Source: Anthoceros angustus
Taxonomy: Eukaryota > Plantae > Anthocerotophyta
Length of the DNA stretch: 64,000 nt
Direction of reading: 5' to 3'
NCBI GenBank assembly: GCA_010909165.1
Contig: MU008151.1
Location: 62,001 to 126,000 of the forward strand
The translations under genes and the position numbers were made by a program. A model generated the notes under the pieces. The model did not search any database and was not told the origin of the DNA. It was given only the letters and a program-made list of their open reading frames with translations. Shown here one piece after another: positions 32,770 through 46,159 of this stretch (position 1 is its first letter; every line of letters begins with the position of its first letter).

Positions 32770-35700
32770 CTTAACCTATGGGGTTTGATGTAGGATCCTT
32801 TTGGGCATTAGAGAGAGAGGCTAAGGAGTACTGTGAAGACTACGTAGAGTTAGAAGAGGAACTTGCAATGCTAGACAAACTTTGTGGATTATAGGGAATC
32901 TATTAATTTCCACTAGCTAACTAGCTTGTAGAGCTGCTCTTGACCTCTTGTATTCCTAACATTTTCATATGTTTTAAATGCAAATCTCTCCCTAATGACT
33001 TGGTTAATCAGCTGGGTTGTCTTGGGTTGGTATATAAATAATCTCTATGGTTTTATTTTCTAACATTTCTCGTATGTAATGATACTCTACTGCTATGTGC
33101 TTGGTCCTGGAGTGGAAGACAGGGTTTCTGGCTAAGGCTATAGCACCCTGGCTGCCACTAAAGAGAGGTGTGGGTCCATCTGGAGGATAATTTAACTCAC
33201 TCAATGCTAACCTACTCCAGACAATATCTTTGGAGACTGAGGTTAGGACCCTATACTCTGACTTGGTACTTGACAAAACAATGGTTGGTTGTTTCTTACT
33301 TGACCATGAAATGGGAGCTCCTCCCAGCAATAGAACATAGCCGGATACAGATTTTCAGCTGTCTGGATCTCCGGCGTAGTTAGCATCAGCATATGCTATT
33401 AACTTTAGCTTGGATATGCCTTGGGTATGTTTATACATTAAGCCGGTGTGCATAGTCCCTTTTAGATACCTGAATATCCTCTTGACGCATTGCCAATGTT
33501 GTAGTCCAGGGTTCTCCAAAAATTGTGAGACTACACTAACTTCAAAAGATATATCTGGTCTTGTGAAGTTGCTTAAATATATTAAGGTGCCAACAACATG
33601 TCTGTATGGTACAGCTGACATTTCTTCTTTTTCTGCATTTGTTTTAGGGCTCATGTTTGATGTGAGCCTTGTGCCACTAGGAAATGGTGTGGCGGCTGGT
33701 TTAGAGTCCTCAAGTCCAAACTTGGCTAAACTTTCCTTTATATATTTTGTCTGAACTAAGGAAATGGATTTGTTACCTCTATCCCTTATAATATTCACGC
33801 CAAGAGCATAATTGAGTTCTCCCAAGTCTGTCATTTCATAGTGACTTCTTAACCAAGCTTTATCTTCAGCTAGATGGGAAAGTGAGGACGATGCTAAAAA
33901 TAAGTCATCCACATAAAGTAAGAGGTAAAGTGTGTTATGTTTTGTCTTTAAAATATACATACTTGCATCAGCTTTGCTTTATATAAAGCCATACTTGATG
34001 AGCTTGTCATGTATATCCTTGTTCCATTCCTTTCCAGATTGTTTTAGGCCATAGAGACCTTTGATTAGCCTACATACCATGTCTTCTTTGCATTTGACCT
34101 CATAACCCTCAGGTTGTTTCATGTATATTTCTTCTTGGATTCGGCCATGCAGATAAGCGGTTTTGACATCCATCATATGAAGATGTAAACCATGTTGAGA
34201 AGACAAGGCAATTATCATTCTAAAGGAGGCAAACTTTGCTACTGGAGCATAGGTAGCCCAGGGTATGTAATCTAAACCCGGTATCTGGGTAAAACCTCTG
34301 GTTACTAGTCTTGCCTTATATCTAGATCTCTATGGAACCATCACCCTTGCGTTTAATTTTGAATACCCATTTACTCCCAACTATTTTTCTTCCTTTGGGA
34401 GGTTTGACCAATTCCCATGTAGAGTTCTTAACTAGGGAGTCATACTCAGAGTCCACTGCAACTTTCCATAGATCCTTCTCAGGAGAGGAAAAAGCTTGTT
34501 TTAAGGTTGTAGGCTCTTCTGGATCAACTGTGGCTTTGTACACAGCTTGATGAAAAAGGGAGAAAGGTGAAGAGGGATCATCAAAAGTGGTAAGGTATCT
34601 TAATGGTGGTTCCTTCCATCCTGCGGGCCCTGAGACAGCAGGTCTGGTTCTTAGGTTGTACCTTGGTGCAGGTTGTACATCTTCGTTGATGACTTGTTCT
34701 GAAGTGTTATCTACTGCTTCAGGATCTTCAGGAGGTGCTTCAAGAGCTGATTCATTTAAGGGGGGAACGGGCTCTTCATCGTCCATATCTTCTAAGGCAC
34801 CCTCCTCTTCATCCAGATAATCCTCAATGTGTAAAGGAATTTGCATATCTGGATCTGGAGTAGTTGGTCGTCTTGGAGAAGGTGGCTCCTCCTCCTCCTG
34901 CACTATGGGTTCAACCAAAGTAGAGGAAGGAGAATAATGTAGGCTGATGAATTCATCATCATCAAAAGATGTGGCCGTATAATTATCGTTGGGGACGAAA
35001 ACAGGAGATCTAGAGTCCACAGGTGATAGGAGGGGAGACTCATGAAAAGTAATGCTCCTTGCGTATATGAGTCGCCTGGTAGCTGGATCAAATAATTTGT
35101 ATCCTTTGATACCTTCGGTATAACCAATAAAGGTATACTTGGCAGCCTTGTCATCTAACTTTTTGCGCTGTGATTTAGGAATATAAACATATGCCATACA
35201 GCCAAATACCCGAAGGTGGTCGATGGAAGGTTTTCTGCCAGTGAATGCTTCATAAGGTGTCATACCTTTAACCGCGGAGGTTGGAAGTCGATTAATTATG
35301 TAGGTTGCTGTTATCATTGCTTCTGCCCAATATGGTTTAGCTAACCTTGCTTGGGTGAGCAAGCAACCTGTGACTTCTTGAAGGCGGAGATTCTTATTTT
35401 CGGCTACGCCATTTTGCTGGGGTGTATAAACCACCGTAAGTTGTTGAGCTATTCCTTGTGCTCGACAAAAGTCGGTAAAAGCCTTGGAAGTAAACTCGCC
35501 GCCATTGTCTGAACGGAGTGTCTTGAGTTTCTTCTTTGTAAGTCTCTCCGCCCACATCATGTAATCCTTAAAATGCTGGAAAGCTTCACTCTTGTGTTTA
35601 AGGGTGTATGTTGTGGTAAAGCGGGAGAAATCATCAATAAAAGTAAGGAAATATTTGCAACCGCTAAAGGATGGTGCAGAGATTGGGCCGCAAATGTCGG

Positions 35701-35939
35701 TGTGAACTTACTGAAGGGGTCCCTAAGCCCGCTTGGAAGAGTGGTTTTGAAAGGGTGCCTGATGTCTTTTAGTGACGACACAAGATTCACACCATGATAG
35801 AGGTTCTATCTTTGTAAAGGAAGGGTTTCTATATAAATTTCCCTTAGACATTTGTACAAGTTTTTGGCCATTAGGATGACCTAATCTACAATGCCAGAGT
35901 ACTGTTGTATTGGAAGTGACATAATTTTGAGAAGCTACA

Positions 35940-38900
35940 TGTATCCTATTGTGGCGTGACTTTCACTGATGGCCAGCCGGGCGCGCACAATCCCGTGTCG
36001 TTGTAGGAAGAAGTCCGTTCCCAAGGGAATGATAGGCTCCGTTTACCGCGTTTCAGGTGATTCCTACCGCACTTAGCGCTCGTTCGATCTCAACACACAT
36101 ACTCCTAACTACTCTAGCGTTCACCGTCTGAGGCCGGTATGGCCAAACGTTTAAGGACCCGTTCGCGTCCGTATCGTTCACATCCGTCACTCACACATCC
36201 AGTCCTTTCCTCTCTCCCCTCACGCTACACTCCTCAGTCTTAGAAAAGACGCGCGGGTTACACAGTCCGGACCTCCTCCGTCGTTCCGCCGGGCCTCTCC
36301 GTCCGGGCTCTGCACGCCCTCCCGGAGTTCCTCCGGCTCACACGTTCCAGTCCGTTCGGTGCTGGGCCGCGGCTCCGGACGAGCACGGGTCACCAGTCAC
36401 CCTTCCCTGCACACACCACAACACGTTAGGTCGTCACGGGACCACAGTCAATCTCCCGGGTATCGTGCACCTTTCGGTGACTCGGGACTCACGTTAGCAA
36501 GAAGACACACAAAGGTGCGCAGGCAGCATCAACACCAAGAGAAGATGATTTATTGGGCCTTAGCCCTCTTATACTCGCCGAAGGTCGGCCTTTATTACCT
36601 CTATTACGGTGAGGGCCATTTCGGGGTACCTAACCGCCTACTACCTGCCTATTCCACCTATCGCCGTCGGTGGTGGGATAGCCCCTCATTCCTTCTTGGC
36701 ACGGCCCAAAGCGAGCCACAGCCGGTGCAGGCGCAATCGGATGATCGCGGTAGACCCCTTCCTCTTCAGTGCAGCCGGTGCGCCACCGTGGCGGCGACAG
36801 CAGCGATCACCACCAAGTCTTCCTCGTCCTCCCTCTTCTCTCTCTGGCGGGCCCTGCGCGATGGGCCCTCAAGGTTGGATCTGCTGGGGTTGGTGTGATG
36901 GCTCTCCCCACTCCCGAGTTTGGACCTCGGGACCTGTCGACTCGGTCCAGGACCTCTAGGTCAGTCTTCCCTCTGAGTCCGGACCTCTAGGTCCGGCCTT
37001 CTTTGAGTCAGGTCCTCGGGGCCGGGGCCTCTGGGGTCCGGTCTTGGACCCAACCCTTCCACAGGGTCGGACCTCGGGGCCGGACTCGTCACTAGAGTCT
37101 GGATCCCTAAGTCGGACTTCCTTGAGGCGGACCTCGGGATCGGCCTTTTCCTCAGTCAGGACAAAGTCAGGACCCTCGAACTCTGGGCATGCCTCCTCGC
37201 GGGCTAGCCACGGGTTCATCCATGAGCCCTCCCTTGGTTCCCGAATGCCCGGTTGCCCCTTTCCCTTCAAGATCCTCCCTCGTCCTTCCATGCGAGGTCT
37301 TGAAACTTACCTCGGTGTGGCGCCCCTTCCTCCTCCGGTTCCTCCATGCTCTCCTTCGCTGCTGCTGCCGTCGTCAAGCAGGCGCTCCTAGGACTCCAGC
37401 GGTTGTCTTGTCCCGGGTCCGGCCTTCCTCCTCCTTCCATCCCTTGAGTCCACCCTCCACTGGGGTGGCGCGGGACCTCCAGGCCTTGAGGAGCTCTGCG
37501 TGGTAGTAGGCGGTCGGAATCGACTTGAATCGCCTCCTCCACATGAGCCGGGCACCGGTACTCCCTCCTCCAGGTGCTCGTGGCAGGCGGATCGCCCACT
37601 TGGCTTGGCTCTCGTGGCCAAGCTCACGGTGGCGGACTCCCTTGAGGCCGTCAAGGCTGCCTCAGATTACCTCTTGCAACCTTGGCTTTCGGCGTTCTCC
37701 TCCTCCGTTGTTGCTTGACTCGCCATTTGCGGGCCATGGGTGAGCTCCCTTCGCTTCCTGGCCGGACGAGCTGTACCTTTTCCTCCAGTGCCTTCCTCCC
37801 TTCTATTCTTTCCGGAGGTCCTCCACTTCCTTCTCAGGCGGGCGGTATCCCGTCAGGCTCACGGCTTCCGCCACGTCCTGCTGCAACCTTGGCGGCGTCG
37901 AACTCCTTGCCGCCTTTGTTCTCCTCCGTCTTCAAGCGGGCTAGCCACGGGTTCATCCTTGAGCCCTCCCTTGGTTCCCGAATGCCCGGTTGCACCTTTC
38001 CCTTCAAGATCCTCCCTCGTCCTTCCATGCGAGGTCTTGAAACTTACCTCGGTGTGGCGCCCCTTCCTCCTCCGGTTCCTCCATGCTCTCCTTGCCGCTG
38101 CTGCTGCCGTCGTCAAGCAGGCGCTCCTAGGACTCCAGCGGTTGTCTTGTCCCGGGTCCGTCCTCCTCCTCCTCCTTCCTTGAGTCCACCCTCCACTGGG
38201 GTGGCGCGGGACCTCGAGCCTTGAGGAGCTCTGCGTGGTAGTAGGCGGTCGGAATCGACTTGAATCGCCTCCTCCACATGAGCCGGGCACGGTACTCCCT
38301 CCTCCAGGTGCTCGTGGCAGGCGGATCGCCCGCCTCCGCCTCCTTGGCTTTGTCTCGTGGCCAAGCTTACGGTATGGTAGGCGGACTCCCTTGAGGCCGT
38401 CAAGGCTGCCTCAGTTACCTCTTGCAACCTTGGCTGCTCGGCGTTCTCCTCCTCCGTTGTTGCTTGACTCAGCCATTTGCGGGCCATGGGTGAGCTCTCC
38501 TCCTCCTCCCGAGTCCGGAGCACGCCTTTTGCCCCTTCCTCCGGGTCCGGCCTTCCTCCCTTCTTCTATTCTTTCCGGAGGTCCTCCACTTCCTTCTCAG
38601 GCGGGCGGTATCCCGTCAGGCTCACGGCTTCCGCCACGTCCTGCTGCAACCTTGGCGTCGAACTCCTTGCCGCCTTTGTTCTCCTCCGTCTTCAAGCGGG
38701 CTGGGCGTTCCACCTCTCGCTCGAAGTCTTGGATTCTCTCGTTGAGAACCCCCTGCTGCTCCGATGCATCTTGGAGTTGCAACTCCAAGGTGTCCTTGTT
38801 GTCCTCCAGCTCCTGCCTCCGCCCTTCTACCTCCTGCAGCTGCACCCTGAGGTCCCCAATCTCCCGGGTGCTGGCCTCCAGCGCCTCCTCACGGCTCGAC

Positions 38901-41900
38901 CGTGCTTGCTCCGCGGCCACTTGCTCGGCCTTCAGATTGGCCGCGGCTCTCTCGGCCGCCTCTCTCCACCGGTTCCGATCACGCCGATAGTGATCGCGAT
39001 CGGCCTTCGCCGTGGCCTCCGCCTCCTTGGCCACCTTCACCTGAGCCTCTCCAGCTTGGCTCTGGTCCAGTCGGGCTGCCTCCGCGAGATCCCGCGCCCG
39101 TTCCGCTTGCGCCCGGGCGTCCTCGCTTCTGCTGCGCTCGCCCCTGCTGAGGTCCTCCGCCGCTTGGGCCTCCTTGGCCTGATTTTTCCTCGGTGAAGGA
39201 ATTTAGTCCGGTCCTTGCGGATGGACGGACCTCCCTCTCCGCCTCCGGCGTTTTCCTTCCTCAATCCGAGCTTGGCCTTCCTTCTCGCCTCTGGGCTCCC
39301 TCCAGCTGCTCACGGAGGAGCACCATGCGCCTCGGGTGGCTTCCACCTCCAGGCCTTCTCGGCCATCCCGCAGACCCAGGCATACCGTCCATGGCGGTGG
39401 CAGGACCGCCGTGTTTCCTCCACGGGGCTCGGCGGAGGTGATGGAGTCCGGACAAAGTCCGTTGCGGGGCGGCATCTCCGCAGTCCGTCGAGGACCTCCA
39501 TACCATGATCCGGAGCAAGTCGGTGGGTTCTCGGACAATCGGGACCCTTAGGTCACGAGTCTTTGACTCGAGCTTCCCCTCCTTGGCCCTTTTGGCGCGA
39601 GCTCCTTCTCGCCCTTTTCCTCCACGGGGCTCGGCGGAGGTGATGGAGTCAGGGAGCACGCCTTTGCCCCTTCACATCGGCGGCAGGACCGGCTCTGGAT
39701 CTGCTGCGGTGTCCTCCGCTCCACAGGCGTCCTTTACGCCCTCCTTCTGCTCGCCCCTCACTGCGAGGTCCTCCGCCGGCTTGGGCCTCCTTGGCTTCTT
39801 TGTTCCTCGGTGAAGGAATTTAGTCCGGTCCTTGCGGATGGACCAAACCTCCCTCTCCGCCTCCGGCGTTTTCCTTCCTCAATCTGCCGAGCTTGGCCTT
39901 CCTTCTCGCCTCACAGGCTCCCTCCAGCTGCTCTGGAGGAGCACCATGCGCCTCGGGTGGCTTCCACCTCACAGGCCTTCTCGGCCATCCCGAGACCCAG
40001 GCATACCGTCCATGGTGGCAGGACCCGCCGTGTTTCCTCCACGGCTGAGGCTCCCACAAAGTCCGTTGCGGGCCGGCATCTCCGCAGTCGTCGAGGACCT
40101 CCATACCATGATCCGGAGCAAGTCGGTGGGTTCTCGGACAATCGGGACCCTTAGGTCACGAGTCTTTGACTCGAGCTTCCCCTCCTTGGCCCTTTTGGCG
40201 CGAGCTCCTTCTCGCCCTTTCCTCCACGGGGCTCGGCGGAGGTGATGGAGTCAGGGAGCACGCCCTTTGCCCCTTCACATCGGCGGCAGGACCGGCTCTG
40301 GATCTGCTGCGGTGTCCTCCGCTCCACAGGCGTCCTTTACGCCCTCCTTCTGCTCGCCCCTCACTGCGAGGTCCTCCGCCGGCTTGGGCCTCCTTGGCTT
40401 CTTTGTTCCTCGGTGAAGGAATTTAGTCCGGTCCTTGCGGATGGACCAAACCTCCCTCTCCGCCTCCGGCGTTTTCCTTCCTCAATCTGCCGAGCTTGGC
40501 CTTCCTTCTCGCCTCACAGGCTCCCTCCAGCTGCTCTGGAGGAGCACCATGCGCCTCGGGTGGCTTCCACCTCACAGGCCTTCTCGGCCATCCCTTGAGA
40601 CCCAGGCATACCGTCCATGGCGGTAGCAGGACCGCCGTGTTTCCTCCACGGCTGCAGTGAGGCTCCCACAAAGTCCGTTGCGGGGCCGGCATCTCACGGT
40701 CCGTCAGGACCTCCATACCATGATCCGGAGCAAGTCGGTGGGTTCTCGGACAATCGGGACCCTTAGGTCACGAGTGGCTCGAGCTTCCCCTCCTTGGCCC
40801 TTTTGGCAGCTCCTTCTCGCCCTTTTCTCCACAGGGCTCGGCGGAGGTGATGGAGTCAGGGAGCACGCCCTTTGCCCCTTCACATCGGCGGCAGGACCCG
40901 GCTCTGGTCGGTCAGGCTGCCTCGCGAGATCGCGGTGTCCTCCGCTCCAGGCGGCGTCCTTTACGCCCTCCTTCTTCCTCGCTTCTTGCCACTCCGTCGG
41001 CGGGGAAGAGTCTTGACCGGGTGCGTTGGTGGCCGTGGTCTTGCGTTTCTTGGCTCTCTCACAGTCGGCGGGGCTCCTCGGGAGTGATGGCGGTGCTGCC
41101 GGTGTCCTCCGCCTCCTTGGCTGCTTGGTGGTGGTTGGGGCACGGAAGGAGGCGGGGTGCTTCCCATACTTCCACAGGTGGTGAGGGGTCCGTTCAGGCG
41201 TATGGAGTCAGGAATCCTCGGTCATCCTCCTCCAGTCCGTTTGGTTTTTGTCGGCCGGCCTCCTCCCTCGGCGCCCTTGCCGCTCCACTTGGGAGGGCCT
41301 CCGGTCCTTCCGGGCGCTCGCTCAAGCTCTCCTTCCCGAGGAGTTGAAATGCCCCATACATGGATCGGGTATGGGGCGGCCAGATGGCGAGGCTTCTCGC
41401 TCCACAGGCTTGCGAGCTTCACAGCTAAGCCGGCGAAGATAATCCTTCCCAGTCGCCCTCTTCCCCAGTGCGTGCGGGAACACCAATAGATTATCACCAA
41501 GGTGATCCACCTTGGTGAGTAGGTTCGATGGGCGATGATCCGGGCCCACGACTCGGCATCCAGCAGGTCGGATATCGACCAACCGTTGGTGGTCGTTGCG
41601 TCGAGCCTTAGCATGCTTCGTGGCTGGACCTATCTTCCCTTCGCCTTGAGGGGCTCGGCACCCTCCCCTCTTCCTCCTTGGGGCGGTTGTAGGCCGCCTT
41701 GAGGACCTCCAAGGTCCATCGCCTTGGGTCCTCTCGGAGGTTCTTGGACCGCACCTCCTTGTTGACCGCCGCCAGCATCTTCCGCAAACTCCCGACCAGA
41801 GTGACATCCAAATGCCACTCCGCACCATTTGGAACACATCCAAATGCCACTCCCGCACCAATTCCCCGCCTCGGAGCCAGAGCCCAAAGTCCGGATAGCG

Positions 41901-42840
41901 CCGGTCACAATGTTGCGCCCACAAGGTTCCATGGCTCCCAAACTTCCGCTGGCTTTTGGGTGCCATCGCCTTCTTCTCCTTGTTGCCGCCGCTTGTCAAG
42001 ACCGCCGGCATCTTGGGCAAACTCCGGACGGTGACCTTGTCAAAGGTCGGACCATTTGGAACACGTCCAAATGCCACTCCTGCACCAATTCCCCGCTTCA
42101 CGGGCAGGCCCAAAGTCCGGATAGCGCGGGTCACAATGTTGCGCTCCACAAGGTTCCATGGCTCCCAAACTTCCGCGGGCTTTTGGGTGCCATCGCCTTC
42201 TTCTCCCTTGGTTGCGCCGCCGCTTGTCGAGGCTGCGCGTTGAGCCTCCGCGCGTTCGCTTCTCCGACCTCAGCGGTGAGCGCGCGCGTCAGTGTCCACG
42301 AGATACCGCCCGAGCGGTGCGGGCGCGAGATCGCGGTGTCTCGGCTGCGGCAATGACCTTCTTCCGCGACCACGCCGGAGTAATGCGGCGGGCGCCTCTT
42401 CCTGTCCGTAGCGCCAGTGCATGGCTTACTCGCGCGTACTCGGCCTTACTCGCGCGTACTCGGCCTTACTCGCGCGTACTGCGGCCCCTCGCGCGCCAGC
42501 GGGCGTGAATACTATAACGGCCTCGCAAGGTTACGGTCTGACCTGCATGCCGTCCTCCACTCGGGGTCGTCCACGTGGCGTCGCCCGATCCGTCCCAACT
42601 TCTAAGTTACCTTCCTGGCGTACTTATCACGCACGGTCACGGAGTGGGTCGGTCTTACCCGTCGCCGCCATCGTAGGTCTAAATCGTTCCTCACTCCAGT
42701 CGAGTATACTCGAGTGCCGTCGAGTGCTAACCGGGCTTATTTCCTCCTTTTTCGCCTCGTTTTATCCTTCGCTCCCACACAAAAAACAAAATCCTACCTA
42801 ATTCTAACCCCCCAGGGAAGTCCGTAGTCCACACCTATCA
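35940..42840 (-). mobile_element. nested 6.9-kb GC-rich insertion with a frameshifted accessory-type ORF; no RT, integrase or transposase seen
   Basis: Removing it restores the Copia frame (GTTH|VASQ). Ends read TG...CA with no TSD, or CATGT direct repeats at 35938-35942 and 42839-42843. It contains coiled-coil and WxRII...GRIIF-like peptides and internal tandem units (~750 bp x2, ~610 bp x3, ~215 bp x2). Confidence 0.8.
42423..42481. repeat. 20-bp tandem repeat x3 (ggccttactcgcgcgtactc)
   Basis: Read directly. Confidence 0.95.
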
Positions 42841-45800
42841 TGTGTAGTTCCCACTCGGAGAGACAGTTTGTATAACCCGTCCTCTAAAGTGCATGTGCAG
42901 ATGACTAGTGATTCACTCGGGAAATAAGAGATGATACAACTATCTGCATCTAGGATAACCTGCAAATTATGTTGTGAGCATAAACTAGCAGCTGACACTA
43001 AATTTTTATACATGGATGGTACATGAAGGACATTTTTGAGGGAGAGAATTTGGCCTGAAGAACATCTGAGAGCGACTGAACCTACACCAGAGATGGGGAG
43101 GTTGTGGTCATCGCCCAGCAGAACAGTTTGGTGTCCAGATTCTAGCGAATAGGACTCAAATGAGTTTCTGCTATGACAGATGTGTAACGTAGCTCCACTT
43201 TCCAAGTACCAATTTGGATTTGTTGACTTTGATGATGCCAAACATACAGTGAGAGCTGATGGTGTTGTGGAAGATTGTTTCTTCACAGCAACATGAGCTC
43301 CAGGTGCGGCCTCCTTTCTAGGCTCGCCATTCTTTTTCTTATAACAGTCCTTTTCCATGTGATTTGGGATCCTGCACCAATTACAAATGATGCCTTTCTT
43401 CTTGGTACCTCTTGCAGGTGTTGAAGAAGAAGTCTCTCGTCTCCGAGAGTTGTCATTGGCACTCTAGGGTCGTTGGGAAGTAGAACCTCGGCCTCTACCT
43501 CATCCTCTTCCGTTGCCCCTTCCAGTGAACATCACCTGTTGCTTATTGGTTCTGGAGTGTCGCCGACTTGATTCCTCTTGCATCAATGCTCCTATGAGTT
43601 CGGCGATGCTGAGCTTAATGTCTGCTTGTGGATTCTCGTCTGCCTCCCTTCTTGCATTACGCAAGACAACATTTTGAGTTGTGACAAAAGCTCTATATGA
43701 CGGCGGCAAAGAAGATAGAAGGATAACATATGCTTCCGACTCATGGACAAGGATACCACTTGCAGCTTCAAGTTGAGATCTCGCCAGTCGAAAAACACTT
43801 ATATGGTGTTCAATGGAATCAGACTCCTTCATTTGAAGATTGCGGAAATTACGGGAGGCGGCAACAATACTCATAACATCCATTGAGGAGTAGAGTTGAG
43901 CAAGGTGAGTCCACATGTTGTGGGCGGTATTTGCATGACCTATTTGTATCACCATCTGCCCCGAAAGTCCACTAATAATAAGGTCTTGCGCCTTCTCGTC
44001 CCTGGCGTCCCAGGAGGTTCGAAGGTGTGCTTCAAAACCTTCAGTGGGTCTGCGAAGTCTTCCTTCGACTATTTCCCAGAGATCTCGTTGTCGTAAGGCT
44101 CCTTTCATCCGTATGGCCCAAACATAATAATTCTTTCCATTGAACCTGTCCTTCTCTTTAAAGCTGTCACCATAATGATTAATCAAATTATGATTAGTAT
44201 TTCCAGGAGGATCCATCCTGGGTGTGTTTGGTGACGCTGAAACTTCTTCTTCGTCGTTAAATACTCCAGCCATAGAAGGCGATCAAGAGGACTAAGCCTC
44301 GGCGGTACAGCTTTTCATCTTCTCTATTGCATGCTCAAAACTCCTCCCTTGGGTAATAACCTACATTGGGAGATGACGACCTGTTTGGAAATTCCTGCAC
44401 ATCTATAAACTTAGAGAGACTGGACACCTTTGTCCTTAGTTCAGTTAGCTCTCCCTTGAGATCAAGATGTTGGATTCTAAGAGATGATAGTTGTCTATCT
44501 AGGTCGTCAATTTTATGAGTTTCTATGTCTTGGCCTTGCAGACTATAAGAATTAGGAGTGTTAGTACCAGCTCTCAAATTCGGGATATGTTGGATTGCTA
44601 GCTCTAATGCTTTGACGTGAATTGGGCTAAGAACTTCTAGCAAATCACGTCTAGCTAGCTCAATCAACTTCCCTTGATCTGGTTTAGAAATTAGAATAGA
44701 TGCAATGAAGTTAGCTATGCAGGAAGAGGTTTCATCAATCTCTCCTGCTATGATGTGTGAACTTCTATTGCTTCTAATGTTCTTGCTCCTAACTTGTTCT
44801 TGCTCCTAACTTGTTCTTGTTGTCCTGCAGGGCAATCTCTTTTCTTAATTCTAGGCCTCCTCCTACTAAGGGAATACACTTCCATGGAGGGGGGACAAGG
44901 AATTAGTGCATAAAAGCATTATAAGAAAAGATATATTCACATGAGAAGAAAACTTAAAAGAGCAACAATTCTAGAATGAACACAATCCATCTAGCAAGGT
45001 GCTAGATGGAAAAGTGCCTCCTAGATAAGCTCCTTAGATGCTTGAAGCTGCACACGCATAGTGGAGAGCAAGATGCTCTGATACCATGATGAAAATCACG
45101 TCTTGCTCTTAGATACAAAGTAGTACAATGCAATGAATGAATTAAAGAGTAAAGTACAAGCCTTTATATAGGCTAAGTGGTTGAGGTGGTTAGGTGGTTA
45201 GGTAGTTATAACAATATGTTATTGTAACCACCAAGTTGTTGTAACTACTAACAACTAACTACCTAGAGCAACTAAATAGATAACTACATAATGCCCTAGA
45301 TGATAGAATAATGTTTAAGTGATGTGGCCCTAATGAATAGTGCCCTAAACTAGATATATTTCATCAAGCTGTGAGCCATGCCAGGTTCTTCTTCTTCAAA
45401 TGTGATCTATCTTCACAGTTGTGAAAAACGTCCATAGCTTGCTCAAGGTGGGCTCGTTGCTTTGATTTAGAGCTCTGTTCAATTAGCACCCATCAGCCTA
45501 GCCTTGCATGATTCAGTTCCAGGCTAAGCTTACAGCACTCTGGCCGTGCAAATGGAAACGTCCTCAACTGTTACATCAGTAAATCACCCAATCGATCAAG
45601 GGAGCATGCCGAACAATAGGGAACCAACTTTGTGAGAGCTTGGACATGCTTGCATGAGATCTTAAGAACTCCGTAGTCCAGCACCCTTTGAGCCGCTGAC
45701 TGTAGGGATGAGGGATCTGTTTAAGGGGCTAGCATTCCTTCATTTACCTTTGTATCTTTGGCATACATACTGTGAAATTGTCACTGCTGAATTTGCCTGA

Positions 45801-46011
45801 ACCTGCTGTGCTGAGATACACATCCTAATCCACTGCGACATCCACCGCCCATGATCCATTTGCACTCCAAGTTGAACCCCTCCCTCTTCTTGAGGAGCCG
45901 CAGGTGCAGCAGGGACTCCTGTTGCAGATGATTGCCATTGCTTGTAGAAAAAGCAAAATGTTCTCAATCAATGATCACACAGAGTATGTGCTCAACGGAT
46001 CAAATGAAAAA

Positions 46012-46159
46012 TGGAGAAGCGGATTATTGATCCCCGTACCTCTCGCATGCTAAGCGAGCGCTCTACCATCTAAGCTATTGATCCCCGTACCCCTCACATG
46101 CTAAGCGAGCGTACCTCTCGCATGCTAAGCGAGCGCTCTACCATCTGAGCTACATCCCC
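46012..46159 (-). pseudogene. scrambled tRNA-Ala(AGC) pseudogene with triplicated anticodon arm
   Basis: Three copies of (cgc/cac)atgctaagcgagc between intact 5' (GGGGATGTAGCTCAG) and 3' (...TCTCCA) ends. Confidence 0.92.

Larger units (their letters stand above)
32960..45366 (-). mobile_element. Ty1/Copia LTR retrotransposon (5' LTR 45087-45366, PBS 45075-45086, gag-PR-INT-RT-RH), frameshifted and interrupted
   Basis: gag RFNGKNYYVWAIRMK; Zn knuckle CNWC..PNHMEKDC; PR WYLESGAT; LWHCRLGHP; INT LRSDNGGEF...PQQNGVAE; RT LLLYVDD; RH ISWSSKKQ...RTKHI; Copia domain order. Confidence 0.95.

Noticed and set aside
35940-36264. Minus-strand TGTAACCCG...GGATACA as a 323-bp LTR of the nested element
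   Set aside because: No matching second copy at the other end and no convincing PPT.
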